A DNA stretch of 64,000 nucleotides from Clostridia bacterium (GCA_017461745.1 JAFTXE010000078.1:30282-94281); one strand, 5' to 3'; shown: positions 17,905-27,553, counted from the first letter of the stretch. Translations and numbers: made by a program. Notes: generated from the letters alone by a model not told the origin.

Positions 17905-18450
17905 TCAGTTAAATATATAATTGACATTTCCTGACAGCAAAGCAAGCACGCCTCTGTAAAGAGCCTCGGGTCTTTCGTAAAAATTTTCCTTCATTCGTTT
18001 TGCTCTGTCCAACGAGTCCACGATTATCATCTGAGAAAACATACATTCTCCGTTTTCAAAAAATCCCGTATCTATTCGATACTTGCCCTCGTCGGTTTTC
18101 TCAATATCAAATTTTATTACTACGCCTCTCTTTTTAAAGTCAAGATAGCGAAGAGCGGCTGCCAAGGATTTGTCAAGTATACTTGATAGTATATCGCTTT
18201 TGAGCTCACTTGCGACAATTGCTCCGTTATCCGTTACTCTGTACTTCTCTTCTCCGTTCTCGTCTATCTTTTCTATAAGCCCCGTATCAAGCAAAGAATT
18301 GAAGGCTACGGCAAAATCAAGGTACATAACGTAATCCGTTTGCATCACTATATCATTTATAGTAACAAAATCCAACGGATAATTTATATTCTGCATAAGA
18401 TACAGTACGAAAATTTTTACGTTATTTATACTTCCTATAGCTGAACTCAT
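17905..18450 (-). CDS. DUF4364-like putative winged-helix protein
   Basis: 181 aa. The pattern VKIFVLYLMQNI..PLDFVTINDIV...LLDTGLIEK..YRVTDNG resembles the clostridial DUF4364 family. This is from memory and was not searched. Confidence 0.45.
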   Translation of the reverse strand: MSSAIGSINNVKIFVLYLMQNINYPLDFVTINDIVMQTDYVMYLDFAVAFNSLLDTGLIEKIDENGEEKYRVTDNGAIVASELKSDILSSILDKSLAAALRYLDFKKRGVVIKFDIEKTDEGKYRIDTGFFENGECMFSQMIIVDSLDRAKRMKENFYERPEALYRGVLALLSGNVNYIFN

Positions 18451-18531
18451 TATCTATACCCCCAAAAAACATGAAAAATTGGTTTTACAATAATAATTTT
18501 ACCATATTTTTTATTTTTTTTCAATATATAT

Positions 18532-18560
18532 TTGCAATTTGAGAAAAAATGTGGTATAAT
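18532..18560 (+). promoter_or_regulatory. Sigma-A promoter of hom
   Basis: TTGCAA, 17 nt, TGGTATAAT (extended -10). Confidence 0.6.
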
Positions 18561-18594
18561 AGAATATACTTTTTTTTGAAAGGCAGAAAAAAAC

Positions 18595-19794
18595 ATGGTT
18601 AATATTGCTTTATTGGGCTTTGGGGTCGTCGGCGGAGGTACTGCCGAGGTTCTGACTGAAAACAAATCTATTATTGAAAAAAGACTCGGCTGTGAATACA
18701 ACATAAAATACATTCTTGACCTTCGCGAATTTCCCGACAGTCCGTTCGGAAGCTTGGTCGTGCACGATTTCAACACCATACTTAACGACCCCGAGGTTAC
18801 CGTAGTTGCTGAAATGATGGGTGGCTCACACCCTGCTTACGATTTTACCAAGGCTTGCCTATTGGCAGGTAAAAACGTCGTTACCTCAAATAAAGAGGTC
18901 GTCTCCACGTTTGGCGAAGAGCTTTGCCGTCTTGCCCGAGAGAATGGAGTAAGATATTTATTTGAAGCGAGCGTTGGCGGCGGTATTCCGATAATCCGTC
19001 CTCTTATCAACGACCTTTCTTCAAATAAAATAAACAAAATAAGCGGTATTCTCAACGGAACTACCAATTATATTTTAACGTCTATGCGCGATAACGGCGC
19101 CAGCTTCGAGGACGCTTTGAAGAAGGCTCAGCAGCTTGGCTATGCCGAGGCTAATCCGTCCGCGGACGTTGACGGTATTGACGCGGCAAGAAAGATAGTT
19201 ATACTTGCGGCTCTTGCTTCGGGTAAGCTCATTGACCCCAAGTCCATACACGTTGAGGGTATTACCAAGATAACGCTTGAGGAGACAAAGCTTGCGCAGG
19301 AATTGGGCTTTACCATTAAGCTTATCGGATATACGGAGATCACCGACAAGGGTCTGCTTGCGTTCGTTTCTCCTCGAATGATTCCCTCCTCCAATCCTCT
19401 TTGCAGAATAGACGACGTATTCAATGGAGTTTTAGTTGACGCAAACATGGTTGGCGAGGTAATGTTCTACGGTCCCGGAGCGGGCAAGCTTCCTACGGCA
19501 AGTGCTGTAGTCGCCGATATTATTGACATTATCGCAAACAGAGACGCCGACGTCAAGCCTATCGTTTGGGAGCAGGCTACGGACGTAGACAAGCTATGCT
19601 TTGACGAATACGCTTGCAGAAGAGTATTTATCACCAACGATAAGGCAGAAGACGCACTTCCCGCTTGCGAGCGTCTCGTCGTTTCAGACGGACTTCGCGC
19701 ATACGTAACTAAAGACATTGTCAGCGAAAAAGAAGTGAGAGTGATTTCCGACAAGCTCGGCGAAAAGCTCGTCTCGGTTTACAGAGTTCTGTAA
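18595..19794 (+). CDS. hom: Homoserine dehydrogenase
   Basis: NAD fold LLGFGVVGGG, then SNKE, GGGIPII, ILNGTTNYIL and GYAEANPSADVDGIDAARK, with a C-terminal ACT-like region. Confidence 0.92.
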   Translation: MVNIALLGFGVVGGGTAEVLTENKSIIEKRLGCEYNIKYILDLREFPDSPFGSLVVHDFNTILNDPEVTVVAEMMGGSHPAYDFTKACLLAGKNVVTSNKEVVSTFGEELCRLARENGVRYLFEASVGGGIPIIRPLINDLSSNKINKISGILNGTTNYILTSMRDNGASFEDALKKAQQLGYAEANPSADVDGIDAARKIVILAALASGKLIDPKSIHVEGITKITLEETKLAQELGFTIKLIGYTEITDKGLLAFVSPRMIPSSNPLCRIDDVFNGVLVDANMVGEVMFYGPGAGKLPTASAVVADIIDIIANRDADVKPIVWEQATDVDKLCFDEYACRRVFITNDKAEDALPACERLVVSDGLRAYVTKDIVSEKEVRVISDKLGEKLVSVYRVL

Positions 19795-19806
19795 TTTAAT
19801 ATTTTT

Positions 19807-19852
19807 GACTGTCTCAAATGCAAAAATAAAGCATTTGAGACAGTCATTTTTT
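19807..19852 (+). terminator. Intrinsic terminator of hom
   Basis: GACTGTCTCAAATGC-loop-GCATTTGAGACAGTC followed by a T-run. Confidence 0.85.
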
Positions 19853-19932
19853 ATTTCTACACTTTTTGACACATTCGAAATCAAAATTCAGTAAAATCCT
19901 TTGTGCAAAATGTAGAAATGTGTATATACATA

Positions 19933-19961
19933 TTGCAAATCAAATATGTATATGATATAAT
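19933..19961 (+). promoter_or_regulatory. Sigma-A promoter of the Cys-rich lipoprotein gene
   Basis: TTGCAA, 17 nt, TATAAT. Confidence 0.55.
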
Positions 19962-20017
19962 TGAGTTGGTTGAATTTAGTTTATATTTCATTATTTAATA
20001 TAAATAGGAGGACGGAT

Positions 20018-22261
20018 ATGAAAAGTGGCTTTTTGTGGCGGCTTGCATGGCTTGCTACACTCCTTTCTCTTGCCTTTTGCCTCATAGCGTGTGATGGCGA
20101 TACGGTCAAGGACACCGTAGTTCAGCTTACTCAGCCGCAAGAACAGCAAACACAAGCTGAAAGCGAGTCGGATACCACCACTTCTGACACAACGCATACA
20201 CACAGTGGTGGAAAGGCTACCTGTAGCGCCAAAGCAATATGTGAAGCATGCGGAAAAGAATACGGAGAGCTTGCCGAACATCCAATGGCAGACACTTATA
20301 CCAAAGACGAAACGCATCACTGGTACGCAACGACTTGTACGCATACCGACGTTAAATCGGGATACGAAAAGCATTCGTATACAAGCAAGGTGACACCGCC
20401 TACCTGCGCGGAGCAAGGCTATACAACTTACACCTGCGTATGCGGATATTTCTACAAGGACGATTATACTCCTACAAGTGAGCATTCCTTTGAAAGCACT
20501 TATCAATATAATGACTTAAAGCATTGGCACAAGGCTACCTGTGAGCATACTGAGGAAAAAGGCGGAGAGGAAAACCATACCTTTACTCAATCGGTAGTAC
20601 CGCCTACCTGCTCCGAGCAAGGTTATACCCTGCACTCCTGCGTTTGCGGATATTCTTATAAAACGAATTACGTTGACGCGCAAGGTCACAGTGTCAGCGC
20701 GTGGACAAAGGCAAAAACGGAATTAAGTCAGGCATCAAGCTGTGAATACGCGGTGACCTATGAGGGCTTATGCGGCGTATGTCAAAAGACGCAGACCCGA
20801 ACGGAATACATAGAACAGCATTCGTTCTATTGGAGCGTTGCTGTTGAAGCCAACTGTCAAAACAGCGGAACGAAGGTTAAGCTCTGCGCATCTGAGCAAT
20901 GTACGTATCACACCACTCCTGCGGAGCAAACGAGTTATTCTGACCCTGACAAACACATTTGGGACAATGGAACTACCGTTGGCTCTGTCACTACGTACAC
21001 TTGCGTATGCGGCGAGACCAAAAGAGCCGTTGAGGTAACGGGAAATACGGCTGATATCAGCGGTTCTGACGTTGCCGCTACTGACGAGGTGAAAATATCC
21101 GATATAGTTATCGGCTTTGACAATGACGCAAAGCAGACGCTTTCGGAGAATGACAGCGTAAAAATTGAAGCGTCAACCTTGGACGGAGCTGACAAACAGC
21201 AAGCGGTCGAGGAGCTTGGGCTTAATGCCGAGCAGATAGCTCAGCTTGGAGACAGCGTAATTTATGATTTCACCGTAAACAACGGCGCTGTGTCTCAGCT
21301 TGGCGGAACGGCAACCGTCAGAGTTCCCTACACGCTTAAAAGCGGAGACAATCCCGAGGAAATAATAGTTTGGTATATCTCCAACGGCGAGCTGACTCCA
21401 ATTACCGCTACATATGAAAATGGCTTCGCGGTATTTGAGACCACACACTTTTCATATTACACCGTAACCAAAATCGCCCCCGAGGAGCGTTGCAAATATT
21501 ACGGACATTCAAATGCTGTAAAGACCATTGCTCCCACGTGTGACGAAGAAGGTTATACTCTTTGCTTGCATTGCGGTGAAATTATCAAAAGTATTTCGCC
21601 CATAGGTCATAATTGGAATGAAGAAATAATAAAAGAGTCTTCCTGCGATACCACGGGACTTATCAAGCACGCTTGCACGAATTGCAAAGACAGTTACGAA
21701 GAAATTCTGGCGGCAACGGGACATAATCCTTCTTCCGATTGGACGGTTACAGACAAAACTCACTCTCATAAATGTATCGACTGCAATACCGTTACGGACG
21801 AGGGCGAGCACAAATGGGATTACGAAGAGGCTACGGTTGAGCATGGAGTAAGCTGTACCGTCTGCGGATTCGTTCGTGAAGAGAAAAAGCCCGCTGTCGA
21901 CGACAATCCATTGACGGATAACACAGTAAAGATAGAGCATACCCCTCTCAGCGACGGTAGCGTAAGCGTTTCCGTAAAGCTTATGAACGTCAATATGGCA
22001 GGAATACGGCTGAGCATATCTTACGGAGAAAAACAAGCTAAGTCTTGCGACGCTCCCGAGGCTGCTGTTTATTACGATGTGGGTGGATGCATCAACTATA
22101 TTTTAGCTGCTCAAACCAATTTCAGCGGTAATGAGATTACGTTAATTACTTTTAACGTAGCAGACAAGAATACAAAAATCAGCGTTGAGATAGTAGAAAT
22201 ATACGTATTCGACAAGGATTACAACATTATCGTACCTGATTACGCGGAAAGCGTAAATTAA
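20018..22261 (+). CDS. Surface lipoprotein with repeated Cys-rich modules and a C-terminal cohesin-like domain
   Basis: The ATG at 20018 (AGGAGG RBS) gives a lipobox signal peptide, MKSGFLWRLAWLATLLSLAFCLIAC. The module H-x-PPTC-x-EQGYT-x-CVCGY-x-YK (or a variant) occurs six or more times. The last ~115 aa (VKIEHTPLSDGSVSVSVKLMNVNMAGIRLSISY...ITLITFNV) fit a cohesin beta-sandwich pattern. Confidence 0.65.
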   Translation: MKSGFLWRLAWLATLLSLAFCLIACDGDTVKDTVVQLTQPQEQQTQAESESDTTTSDTTHTHSGGKATCSAKAICEACGKEYGELAEHPMADTYTKDETHHWYATTCTHTDVKSGYEKHSYTSKVTPPTCAEQGYTTYTCVCGYFYKDDYTPTSEHSFESTYQYNDLKHWHKATCEHTEEKGGEENHTFTQSVVPPTCSEQGYTLHSCVCGYSYKTNYVDAQGHSVSAWTKAKTELSQASSCEYAVTYEGLCGVCQKTQTRTEYIEQHSFYWSVAVEANCQNSGTKVKLCASEQCTYHTTPAEQTSYSDPDKHIWDNGTTVGSVTTYTCVCGETKRAVEVTGNTADISGSDVAATDEVKISDIVIGFDNDAKQTLSENDSVKIEASTLDGADKQQAVEELGLNAEQIAQLGDSVIYDFTVNNGAVSQLGGTATVRVPYTLKSGDNPEEIIVWYISNGELTPITATYENGFAVFETTHFSYYTVTKIAPEERCKYYGHSNAVKTIAPTCDEEGYTLCLHCGEIIKSISPIGHNWNEEIIKESSCDTTGLIKHACTNCKDSYEEILAATGHNPSSDWTVTDKTHSHKCIDCNTVTDEGEHKWDYEEATVEHGVSCTVCGFVREEKKPAVDDNPLTDNTVKIEHTPLSDGSVSVSVKLMNVNMAGIRLSISYGEKQAKSCDAPEAAVYYDVGGCINYILAAQTNFSGNEITLITFNVADKNTKISVEIVEIYVFDKDYNIIVPDYAESVN

Positions 22262-22289
22262 ATAAATTATATTATTATGGAGGAAAAAC

Positions 22290-23669
22290 ATGAGAAGATC
22301 AAAAAACTACTCTTTAGTAGCGGTTATTACTCTTTGCATACTGCTTACACTGTGCGTAATACCCGCTATGGCTGCCGAAGGCGAGGAAAACAAAGAAATA
22401 AGCTATGCTACAAGCTATGATACCAACGTTACCGTAAGCACGGACAATTACGTCACAGTCCTCCCCGAAGTAGATACCGACAAAAATGAGGACACCGACG
22501 TGGCAAGCAATGAAATTATCATCAAGAGCGATGATATGACTATTGACGATGCCGACCACTTGAGAGAGCACCGCATTCCCATATACTGCGAAGGAAAGGC
22601 TTCTTCGTTCACCATAGAGTTTGAAATGCCCTATTTCGTTGAGGTCAGCGGTATTGAAATTTCTGATAACCTCAAAAAACCAGAGAACGCGGTTTCGGAT
22701 TATTCCATCGACAGAAATTACATTTACGTAGCATATTCTTCCCCCACAGACTTTGAAGATGAAGTTCTGTTCTACGTAACATTCTATCTCTCTGAGGGTA
22801 CACTCAAGGATAGCGGTCGCATATACGATTATGATATGCAGTTTGTAAATTCTTCCGCCGAGGAAGTATGGGGATACTGCGATTTTGGAAGAATAACGGT
22901 TGATGCAGATATAGACGTGCTCATGGGTGACGCAAACCAAGACAACGAGGTCAATCTTGAAGACGTGATGTTCATACTGCGTTATAAGGTTCACGGTGAT
23001 GAAATCAGCGAATACGGATTTTACGCGGCTGACATAGACGGCAATGGCAGAGTCGACATGGTAGACTGTCAGTATATTCAGAATTATCTTGTCGGAGCTA
23101 TTGACTCCCTTGAAAACATAAACGGCAGCACAGAGGAAGACAAGGAGCAGGAAGATAACGTCACAGACGCAACCTGCGACCATTTACCTACATATGAATA
23201 TTCCAGAACAGATGCCACTTGTAACAAAGAGGGATATATTATATATAGATGCTCTTGCGGAGAAAACGAAATAACAAGGACTTTTGCGCCTACGGGTAAG
23301 CATGCATATGTAGACGGTAAATGTCTCGATTGCGGAGCTGTAGAGGGCGAATCCGATGAAGGCGGAAGCGATGCGCCTTCCACTGACAGCGGTAAAACGG
23401 ATGCCGAGGACACTACCCCCGACGACGAGGTAACTGAGACAAAAACGCAAAAATATACGTATAAGGACGAAACGTCGTATTTCGTTCTTTACGATGACGG
23501 AACCGTTGAGGGAACCGTTCGGGAATATACCGCCGACGGCGTCGTTACAGAGACGGCAATCGACGGCAAATGGGCTATAGACGATTCCAATACTATTACC
23601 GTATACTATGGCGAATATAAAGTAGCCTTTGTAATATTAGCAGAGACCGGAGAGTTTGTTAGACAATAA
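22290..23669 (+). CDS. Secreted dockerin-containing protein (signal peptide, cohesin-like/beta-sandwich region, type I dockerin, Cys-rich module, acidic linker, C-terminal domain)
   Basis: Signal peptide ending AMA-AEG. The dockerin duplicated Ca-binding loops GDANQDNEVNLEDVMFILRY and ADIDGNGRVDMVDCQYIQNYL map to nt 22920-23105. The Cys module is TCDH..CNKEGYIIYRCSCGE..CLDCG. Confidence 0.75.
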   Translation: MRRSKNYSLVAVITLCILLTLCVIPAMAAEGEENKEISYATSYDTNVTVSTDNYVTVLPEVDTDKNEDTDVASNEIIIKSDDMTIDDADHLREHRIPIYCEGKASSFTIEFEMPYFVEVSGIEISDNLKKPENAVSDYSIDRNYIYVAYSSPTDFEDEVLFYVTFYLSEGTLKDSGRIYDYDMQFVNSSAEEVWGYCDFGRITVDADIDVLMGDANQDNEVNLEDVMFILRYKVHGDEISEYGFYAADIDGNGRVDMVDCQYIQNYLVGAIDSLENINGSTEEDKEQEDNVTDATCDHLPTYEYSRTDATCNKEGYIIYRCSCGENEITRTFAPTGKHAYVDGKCLDCGAVEGESDEGGSDAPSTDSGKTDAEDTTPDDEVTETKTQKYTYKDETSYFVLYDDGTVEGTVREYTADGVVTETAIDGKWAIDDSNTITVYYGEYKVAFVILAETGEFVRQ

Positions 23670-23684
23670 AATAATATTAATTTT

Positions 23685-23710
23685 GGCAGCCTCGCAATTG
23701 CGAGGCTGCC
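23685..23710. terminator. Hairpin between convergent genes
   Basis: GGCAGCCTCGCAATTGCGAGGCTGCC is a perfect palindrome with a T-run on the plus side. Confidence 0.75.
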
Positions 23711-23717
23711 CTATTTT

Positions 23718-24494
23718 TTATGCCGTCAGCTCATCAAGCGTTCCGAAGGTATAGCCCATGGATCTTAATTCGTCTATAACCTCGCCTAAGACGGCGGCGT
23801 TGGTTTCTGAGGTTGGGTGCAGAAGTATCACCGCTCCGTTGTGGATATTATCAAGGATCTTACGCTTTGCCGCCTCAAAAGACGGTTGCTTGTTATTATC
23901 CCAATCCTCGTACGCAAAGCTCCAGAATATCGTCTTATATCCTAAATCTTGCGCAAACTCTAAGGTCTCCTTATTGAACCTTCCCTCAGGTGGACGGAAA
24001 TATTTGCTCAGTTCCCTTCCCGTATATTCGCGGTAAATATTCTCAAGGGACTCAAGCTCCGCCCTGAAATCCTCAAGCGTTACTTTCGTCGTCATATCAG
24101 GATGACTGTTCGTATGATTACACACAAGATGTCCTTCATCTGCCATTCGTTTTACAAGCTCGGTGTTCTTCGTCACGAGATTACCAAGTATAAAGAACGC
24201 GCCCGTGGCTTGCTTTTGCTTCAGAACGTCGAGAATTTTCTCAACGTTTCCATTTTCATAGCCCGCATCAAACGTCAGATATACCACCTTCTCTTCACTT
24301 CCGTCTCCGTGACGGTGGTCAATATAATACCCGCCGATATTTTCAACGTAGTTGAGATCGGCGCTCAACACAGGTTGACGGTGATCCTTATTTCTGACAC
24401 AGTACCAGCTTTGAGCTTCCGCGGCGCTAAAGCCCGTAACTGTAAACGCACAAATCAAGATTACCGACACAGCAATTGCGACAGCTTTTTTCAT
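23718..24494 (-). CDS. pdaA: Polysaccharide deacetylase (NodB domain), PdaA-like delta-lactam-biosynthetic de-N-acetylase
   Basis: Signal peptide, then LTFDAGYENG..ILDVLK..ATGAFFILG..MADEGHLVCNHT.SHPDM, collinear with B. subtilis PdaA. Confidence 0.75.
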   Translation of the reverse strand: MKKAVAIAVSVILICAFTVTGFSAAEAQSWYCVRNKDHRQPVLSADLNYVENIGGYYIDHRHGDGSEEKVVYLTFDAGYENGNVEKILDVLKQKQATGAFFILGNLVTKNTELVKRMADEGHLVCNHTNSHPDMTTKVTLEDFRAELESLENIYREYTGRELSKYFRPPEGRFNKETLEFAQDLGYKTIFWSFAYEDWDNNKQPSFEAAKRKILDNIHNGAVILLHPTSETNAAVLGEVIDELRSMGYTFGTLDELTA

Positions 24495-24569
24495 AATGTG
24501 ATTTTGCCTCCTTTCGCAGTTGCTGTTATTATTGTTTGCGTTTTTTTAAAATTTAATATTGAAATTTTT

Positions 24570-24605
24570 GGATAAAAACAAAGACTATCCGCAGATAGTC
24601 TTTGT
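24570..24605 (-). terminator. Intrinsic terminator of gdhA
   Basis: Minus strand: ACAAAGACTATC-TGCG-GATAGTCTTTGT followed by TTTTTA. Confidence 0.85.
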
Positions 24606-24628
24606 CATAAATAATTAAGATTTTAAAA

Positions 24629-25981
24629 TCAGACCACGCCCTGAGCCTTCATAGCCTCTGCAACCTTGATAAATCCTGCGATGTTTGCGCCTGCTACAAG
24701 GTCGTCGCCGAGTCCGTACTCGTTAGCTGCCTTTACGGAAGCAGTGAAGATGTTCTTCATGATGCCCTTGAGCTTCTCATCAACCTCTTCTGCGCTCCAG
24801 GAGTAACGCATGGAGTTCTGAGACATTTCAAGACCTGATACTGCAACGCCGCCTGCGTTAACTGCCTTGGAAGGAGCAACGATAACGCCATTTGCCTTAA
24901 GATATGCAACTGCCTCGTTGGTCGTAGGCATATTAGAAACCTCAACGTAGTACTTAACACCGTTAGCAACTATCTGTTCAGCTTCCTTAACGTCGACCTC
25001 GTTCTGTGTTGCGCAAGGCATGAGAATATCAGCCTTTACGTTCCAAGGCTTTTGTCCAGCGAAGAATTTAACACCGAACTTATCTGCGTAATCCTGTACT
25101 CTGTTGCGGCAGGATGCGCGCATTTCAAGCATAAAGTTTATCTTTTCATCGGTGCTGATACCGTCGGGATCGTAAACGTATCCGTCAGGACCGGAGATAG
25201 TAACTACCTTACCTCCAAGCTCGTTGACCTTCTTTACAGTACCCCAAGCAACGTTACCGAAGCCCGAAATAGCAAAGGTCTTGCCCTTTATATCGTCGCC
25301 GAAGTGATTGAGCATATTTACAGTATAGTAAACTGCTCCGAAGCCCGTTGCCTCAGGACGAATGAGAGAACCGCCGTAAGAAATTCCCTTACCTGTAAGA
25401 ACACCCGTAAACTCGTCACGGAGTCTCTTATACTGACCAAAGAGATATCCTATCTCACGAGCGCCAACACCGATATCACCTGCAGGAACGTCCGTGTCAG
25501 GACCTATATACTTCTGAAGCTCCGTCATAAAGCTCTGGCAGAAGCGCATAACCTCTGCGTCAGACTTGCCCTGAGGATCGAAGTCGGAGCCGCCCTTACC
25601 GCCGCCCATGGGCAAAGAGGTAAGAGAGTTCTTGAAGGTCTGCTCGAAGCCGAGGAACTTGATAATGCTCTCGTTAACGGAGGGGTGGAAACGGAGACCG
25701 CCCTTGTAAGGACCGATAGCGCTATTGAACTGAATTCTGAAGCCGCGGTTTACCTGTACGTTGCCCTTATCGTCAACCCACGGTACACGGAACTTGATAA
25801 TTCTTTCGGGCTCTACCATTCTCTCAAGAACGCCTGTTGTTATGTAGTCGGGGCGAGCTTCGATAACGGGCTCGATGGACTCGAGAACTTCTTTAACAGT
25901 CTGATGGAATTCGGGTTCGTTGGGGTTTCTCTTAACGACTCTTTCCATAAGCTCGTTAAGATACTGATTCTTAAAACTCAT
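24629..25981 (-). CDS. gdhA: NADP-specific glutamate dehydrogenase
   Basis: KGGLRFHPSV, PMGGGKGGSDFDP and GFGNVAW motifs. The true start is the ATG at 25981 (MSFKNQYLNE) with an AGGGAAGG RBS. Confidence 0.93.
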   Translation of the reverse strand: MSFKNQYLNELMERVVKRNPNEPEFHQTVKEVLESIEPVIEARPDYITTGVLERMVEPERIIKFRVPWVDDKGNVQVNRGFRIQFNSAIGPYKGGLRFHPSVNESIIKFLGFEQTFKNSLTSLPMGGGKGGSDFDPQGKSDAEVMRFCQSFMTELQKYIGPDTDVPAGDIGVGAREIGYLFGQYKRLRDEFTGVLTGKGISYGGSLIRPEATGFGAVYYTVNMLNHFGDDIKGKTFAISGFGNVAWGTVKKVNELGGKVVTISGPDGYVYDPDGISTDEKINFMLEMRASCRNRVQDYADKFGVKFFAGQKPWNVKADILMPCATQNEVDVKEAEQIVANGVKYYVEVSNMPTTNEAVAYLKANGVIVAPSKAVNAGGVAVSGLEMSQNSMRYSWSAEEVDEKLKGIMKNIFTASVKAANEYGLGDDLVAGANIAGFIKVAEAMKAQGVV

Positions 25982-26041
25982 TGTTGATACCTTCCCTTTA
26001 TAAAATATAGCGTTTAACGGCGTTTCCGCCAACTGAATATT

Positions 26042-26070
26042 ATTATAGCACACCTATAGCTCCGTGTCAA
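26042..26070 (-). promoter_or_regulatory. Sigma-A promoter of gdhA
   Basis: Minus strand: TTGACA, 17 nt, TATAAT. Confidence 0.6.
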
Positions 26071-26179
26071 TAAAAAATGATATATTTTTTTTAACAAATT
26101 GCGATTTTATTCAAGCGAGTGAAAAAAACAAATTGCACAAAGCCGTTATTTTTGTTAAAAAAATATCGAATATTTTGCA

Positions 26180-26215
26180 AAAAACCGCGGACTTTTCGTT
26201 GAAAATCCGCGGTTT
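26180..26215 (-). terminator. Intrinsic terminator of the THUMP methyltransferase gene
   Basis: Minus strand: AAACCGCGGATTTTC-AACG-AAAAGTCCGCGGTTTTTT. Confidence 0.85.
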
Positions 26216-26310
26216 AAGGTAAAAATACCAAAAAATATTTTTAACGTTGAATTAAAATATCAAAATATCTTGGATTGCAAGTTTTAGAATTGAAACTTTC
26301 AAAATGCGCA

Positions 26311-27462
26311 TTAAAATGTTCTTCGTTTATTAAAATCATCTTTTGGCTTAAAGTATTGATAAAGTTTGCATGGAATCATACCGTTATAGAGCTTTCTTAC
26401 CTTATCGGCGCGTCTGCCGTAGAGGCGTTCGAAGTTCTCGGCAGACGTAAGTACGTATATTTGCCACGGCGAGAGCCTTTCAAATGCTTTTCCCATAGCT
26501 CTGTAAAGCCGTTCGACGTCTTCGGGTGTCATGAGCCGTTCGCCGTAGGGGGGATTACAAGCGACAGTTCCCTTTCTGCCGTCAAGCTTTTTTATGTTTT
26601 TAGCGTCTGCCACAAAAAATTTTATATGCTTATCCATGCCCGCGCGCCTTGCGTTTTCCTTGGCTTTTTCAAGCACCTCCGCATCGATATCCGAGCCGTA
26701 CGCTTCAAAGCATGAATCGGTTATTATCTCCGCTCTTGCCTTTTCCCTTTCCGTCTGCCATATTCTTTTATCTATTGCGGGAAAATCCTCAGCCGCAAAG
26801 CTTCTCAGAAGTCCCGACGCCGTATTGGTTGCTATCATTGCCGCTTCTATTGCTATTGTACCCGAGCCGCAGAATGGCTCCCAGAAAAGTACGTCCTGTC
26901 GCGGTCTTGCAATAGTGGCAATAGCTGCGGCAAGCGTCTCGCGCAGAGGCGCTTCGCCTGAGGCAGGGCGATAGCCACGCTTATGAAGAGCTACTCCCGT
27001 AGTATCTATCATCAGCGTTGCCGTGTCCTTGAATATGAAGAACTCTATTTGATATTTTACGTCGGTCTCGGGAAAAATTCTTATTCCGTAAATTCCCGAT
27101 AATCTGTCCACTATAGCTTTTTTGACTATGCTCTGACAATCGGGGACAGAATAAAGGCGCGAATGAATGGCGTGTCCCTTGACGGGAAAAATATCGTTCT
27201 TTCCAATGAACCTTTCCCAAGGCAATGCCTTAGTACCCTCAAACAGCTCGTCAAAGCTATATACGGGAAAGCTACCGAGCCATATAAATACTCTTTCCGC
27301 GCATCTGAGACGCAGATTTGCCGACACGAGCGTTGTCTCGTCTCCGTCAAAGGTTATTCTTCCGTCCATCGTTTCAACGCGTTTGCCGCCGATTTTATCT
27401 ATCTCCTCACCAAGCAGCTTTTCGAGACCGAAAAGGCAGGTAGCAACCATTCTAAGCTTCAT
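26311..27462 (-). CDS. THUMP-domain class I SAM-dependent RNA methyltransferase (RlmL/YpsC-like, COG0116 type)
   Basis: N-terminal pattern CLFGLEKLLGEEI..LRLRCAERVF, then PLRETLAAA, DPFCGSGTI-like (EPFCGSGTI) and NPPYGERL motifs. Confidence 0.8.
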   Translation of the reverse strand: MKLRMVATCLFGLEKLLGEEIDKIGGKRVETMDGRITFDGDETTLVSANLRLRCAERVFIWLGSFPVYSFDELFEGTKALPWERFIGKNDIFPVKGHAIHSRLYSVPDCQSIVKKAIVDRLSGIYGIRIFPETDVKYQIEFFIFKDTATLMIDTTGVALHKRGYRPASGEAPLRETLAAAIATIARPRQDVLFWEPFCGSGTIAIEAAMIATNTASGLLRSFAAEDFPAIDKRIWQTEREKARAEIITDSCFEAYGSDIDAEVLEKAKENARRAGMDKHIKFFVADAKNIKKLDGRKGTVACNPPYGERLMTPEDVERLYRAMGKAFERLSPWQIYVLTSAENFERLYGRRADKVRKLYNGMIPCKLYQYFKPKDDFNKRRTF

Positions 27463-27499
27463 ACTTTTTACGTCCTTACAATAAATATTTTACCTAAAT

Positions 27500-27528
27500 A
27501 TTATATTGCAAATCGTTTATTATGTCAA
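27500..27528 (-). promoter_or_regulatory. Sigma-A promoter of the THUMP methyltransferase gene
   Basis: Minus strand: TTGACA, 17 nt, TATAAT. Confidence 0.6.
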
Positions 27529-27553
27529 GAGCTTTGAGGATTTTTAACCGATT

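Noticed and set aside
18450-18779. 109-aa minus-strand ORF overlapping the hom promoter and start
   Set aside because: It spans an AT-rich divergent promoter region and the 5' end of hom, has no RBS, and its composition is implausible.
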